From NCBI GenBank assembly GCA_963722385.1, contig CAVRKK010000002.1:96001-160000 (forward strand): a stretch of DNA of 64,000 bases. Direction: 5' to 3'. This stretch comes from an uncultured bacterium. Its GTDB lineage: Bacteria > Babelota > Babeliae > Babelales > Babelaceae. The notes under the pieces are model-generated. The model had not been told where the DNA came from. It saw nothing but the letters and a program-made list of their open reading frames with translations, and did not search any database. This document shows, in pieces, positions 62,751 to 64,000 of this stretch (position 1 is its first letter; every line of letters starts with the position of its first letter). The translations under genes and the position numbers were made by a program.

Positions 62751-63578
62751 TCATAGAGCGCTATTACTTAGCAGAATACCGATGAGTATTGTCCCTTGGT
62801 TGCTTGCAGAGAAATCTCTTCTGCTATCAACAAAGCGGCTGTCTTCATATGCAAATTTCCTTTTTTCGATTTGCTCATTCGTGAAAGACTTTACAACTCT
62901 AATTCCTGCAAGAGTATCTTCGACTTGTGAATTGATATCTCCAATCCTATCTTTGCTTTTTCTTAAAGCTATGTTCATTCTTTTATTAAAATAAAACGCA
63001 TAAACAATCATGATTGGCAAAAAAAGTATGATGATTAATGTAAGTTTAACATTAATATTTATTAATATAATGAACGCGCCGATAAAATTCAATAATGAAA
63101 TAACAATGTCTTCAGGACCATGGTGATATAATTCGGCAAGCGCCAGCGAATCGTTTGTTAGCCGCGACATTAACTGACCTATTTTCTGTTCATCATAAAA
63201 ATTAAATGATAATTTTTGATAATGATCAAATAACTCACTCCGCATATCTCTTTCCATGAGGGCGCCCATGACATGACCCCGATATGAAACAAACACATTA
63301 CATATTGTATGCACTATAACTAATGCAAACAATATAGCGCTCATTGCATATATTTGATTGAGCGCATCAGGCATATTTCCTGCTAATATATTTTTGGTTA
63401 TGTAGCTTATACATAATGGCAATGCCAATGTGGTTGCCGATAAAATGAATGCACATCCCATATCTGTAAAAAACAACCCTAAATAAGGTTTGTAATAGGA
63501 TGAAAATTTCTTTATTCGATAATATCGAGTAGGATACTTAGTCATTTTTTGAACAATCAATCTATAAGCGTTTAGCAA
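62751..63578 (-). pseudogene. ABC exporter transmembrane domain, truncated (no nucleotide-binding domain)
   Basis: HYQKLSFNFYD...GQLMSRLTND and GIRVVKSFTNE; the ORF ends before the last TMs and the ATPase domain. Confidence 0.8.
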
Positions 63579-63829
63579 TTTGGAAAAAAATTTATTTTGA
63601 TAAAATTTTAGCCTTACTGATTACAATGTCAAATCGGCTACACCATACTGACTGATCCAATCGCTTCCAGCGGTCGAAGGTTTTTTCACCTATTTCTTTA
63701 ATGATCTGTTGAGCAATTCTTCCCACGACTGAAAGTCATCGGCTTCCTTGCTCCTTTTCTCGTGAATTTAAATCACGATCTGGTAGAAACCCATATACCA
63801 TAAGGGCAAAAAAGAAAGAGGTTATGAAA

Positions 63830-64000
63830 ATTTTTCTCCGGCAGGAGAAATGCTAAAGTGCCTAGCCATGTGCCCCACATGGGTATGGCATTCGTAGGTA
63901 TTGAGCTACAGCAAGATAAAGCACTTAAACAAAAGAACCATTACAATGGGTGCAGGGCCGCTGCCCTGCTGCTCGCCGCATGGGCGCGCCCGCTGCGCAA
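63830..64000 (+). repeat. Structured intergenic element, copy E (diverged 3' half, reaches window end)
   Basis: caatgggtgcagggccgc...gctcgccgcatgggcgcgcc.gctgcgcaa matches the 3' end of copy B. It is preceded by two hairpins in the same order with compensatory changes. Confidence 0.8.

Overview
Bacterial chromosomal segment from a host-associated (probably protist-parasitic) organism. The many signal-peptide ankyrin proteins with a 'signal peptide + AM(E/Q/D)' start suggest Ca. Dependentiae/Babelota (TM6); this is inference, not a database result. Intact housekeeping genes (topA, plsC, ppsA, gyrB, tilS, tadA, dksA-like, tRNA-Thr, rpsI, a glmS homologue, ftsB, sodA, murJ, alr, Hsp20s) alternate with accessory blocks. 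These blocks hold putative secreted effectors, five toxin-antitoxin/immunity modules in various states of decay, an IS200/IS605 tnpB remnant and several frameshifted genes. The most striking unexplained signal is a family of five dispersed, non-coding ~350-480 bp intergenic elements (22797-23276, 28659-29004, 30269-30675, 46731-47196, and a diverged partial copy at 63830-64000). They share terminal inverted repeats, an ordered row of hairpins with compensatory base changes, a variable A-rich segment, a pentamer-repeat tail and nested REP-like modules, which suggests a mobile structured RNA/ssDNA element that I do not recognise. Other oddities are displaced, diverged 3' gene ends flanking cargo genes, a 33-bp-phased operator array, catalytically degenerate FtsH and GlmS homologues, a repeat-bearing metallopeptidase family and a HEPN toxin with TGA at its conserved Trp.
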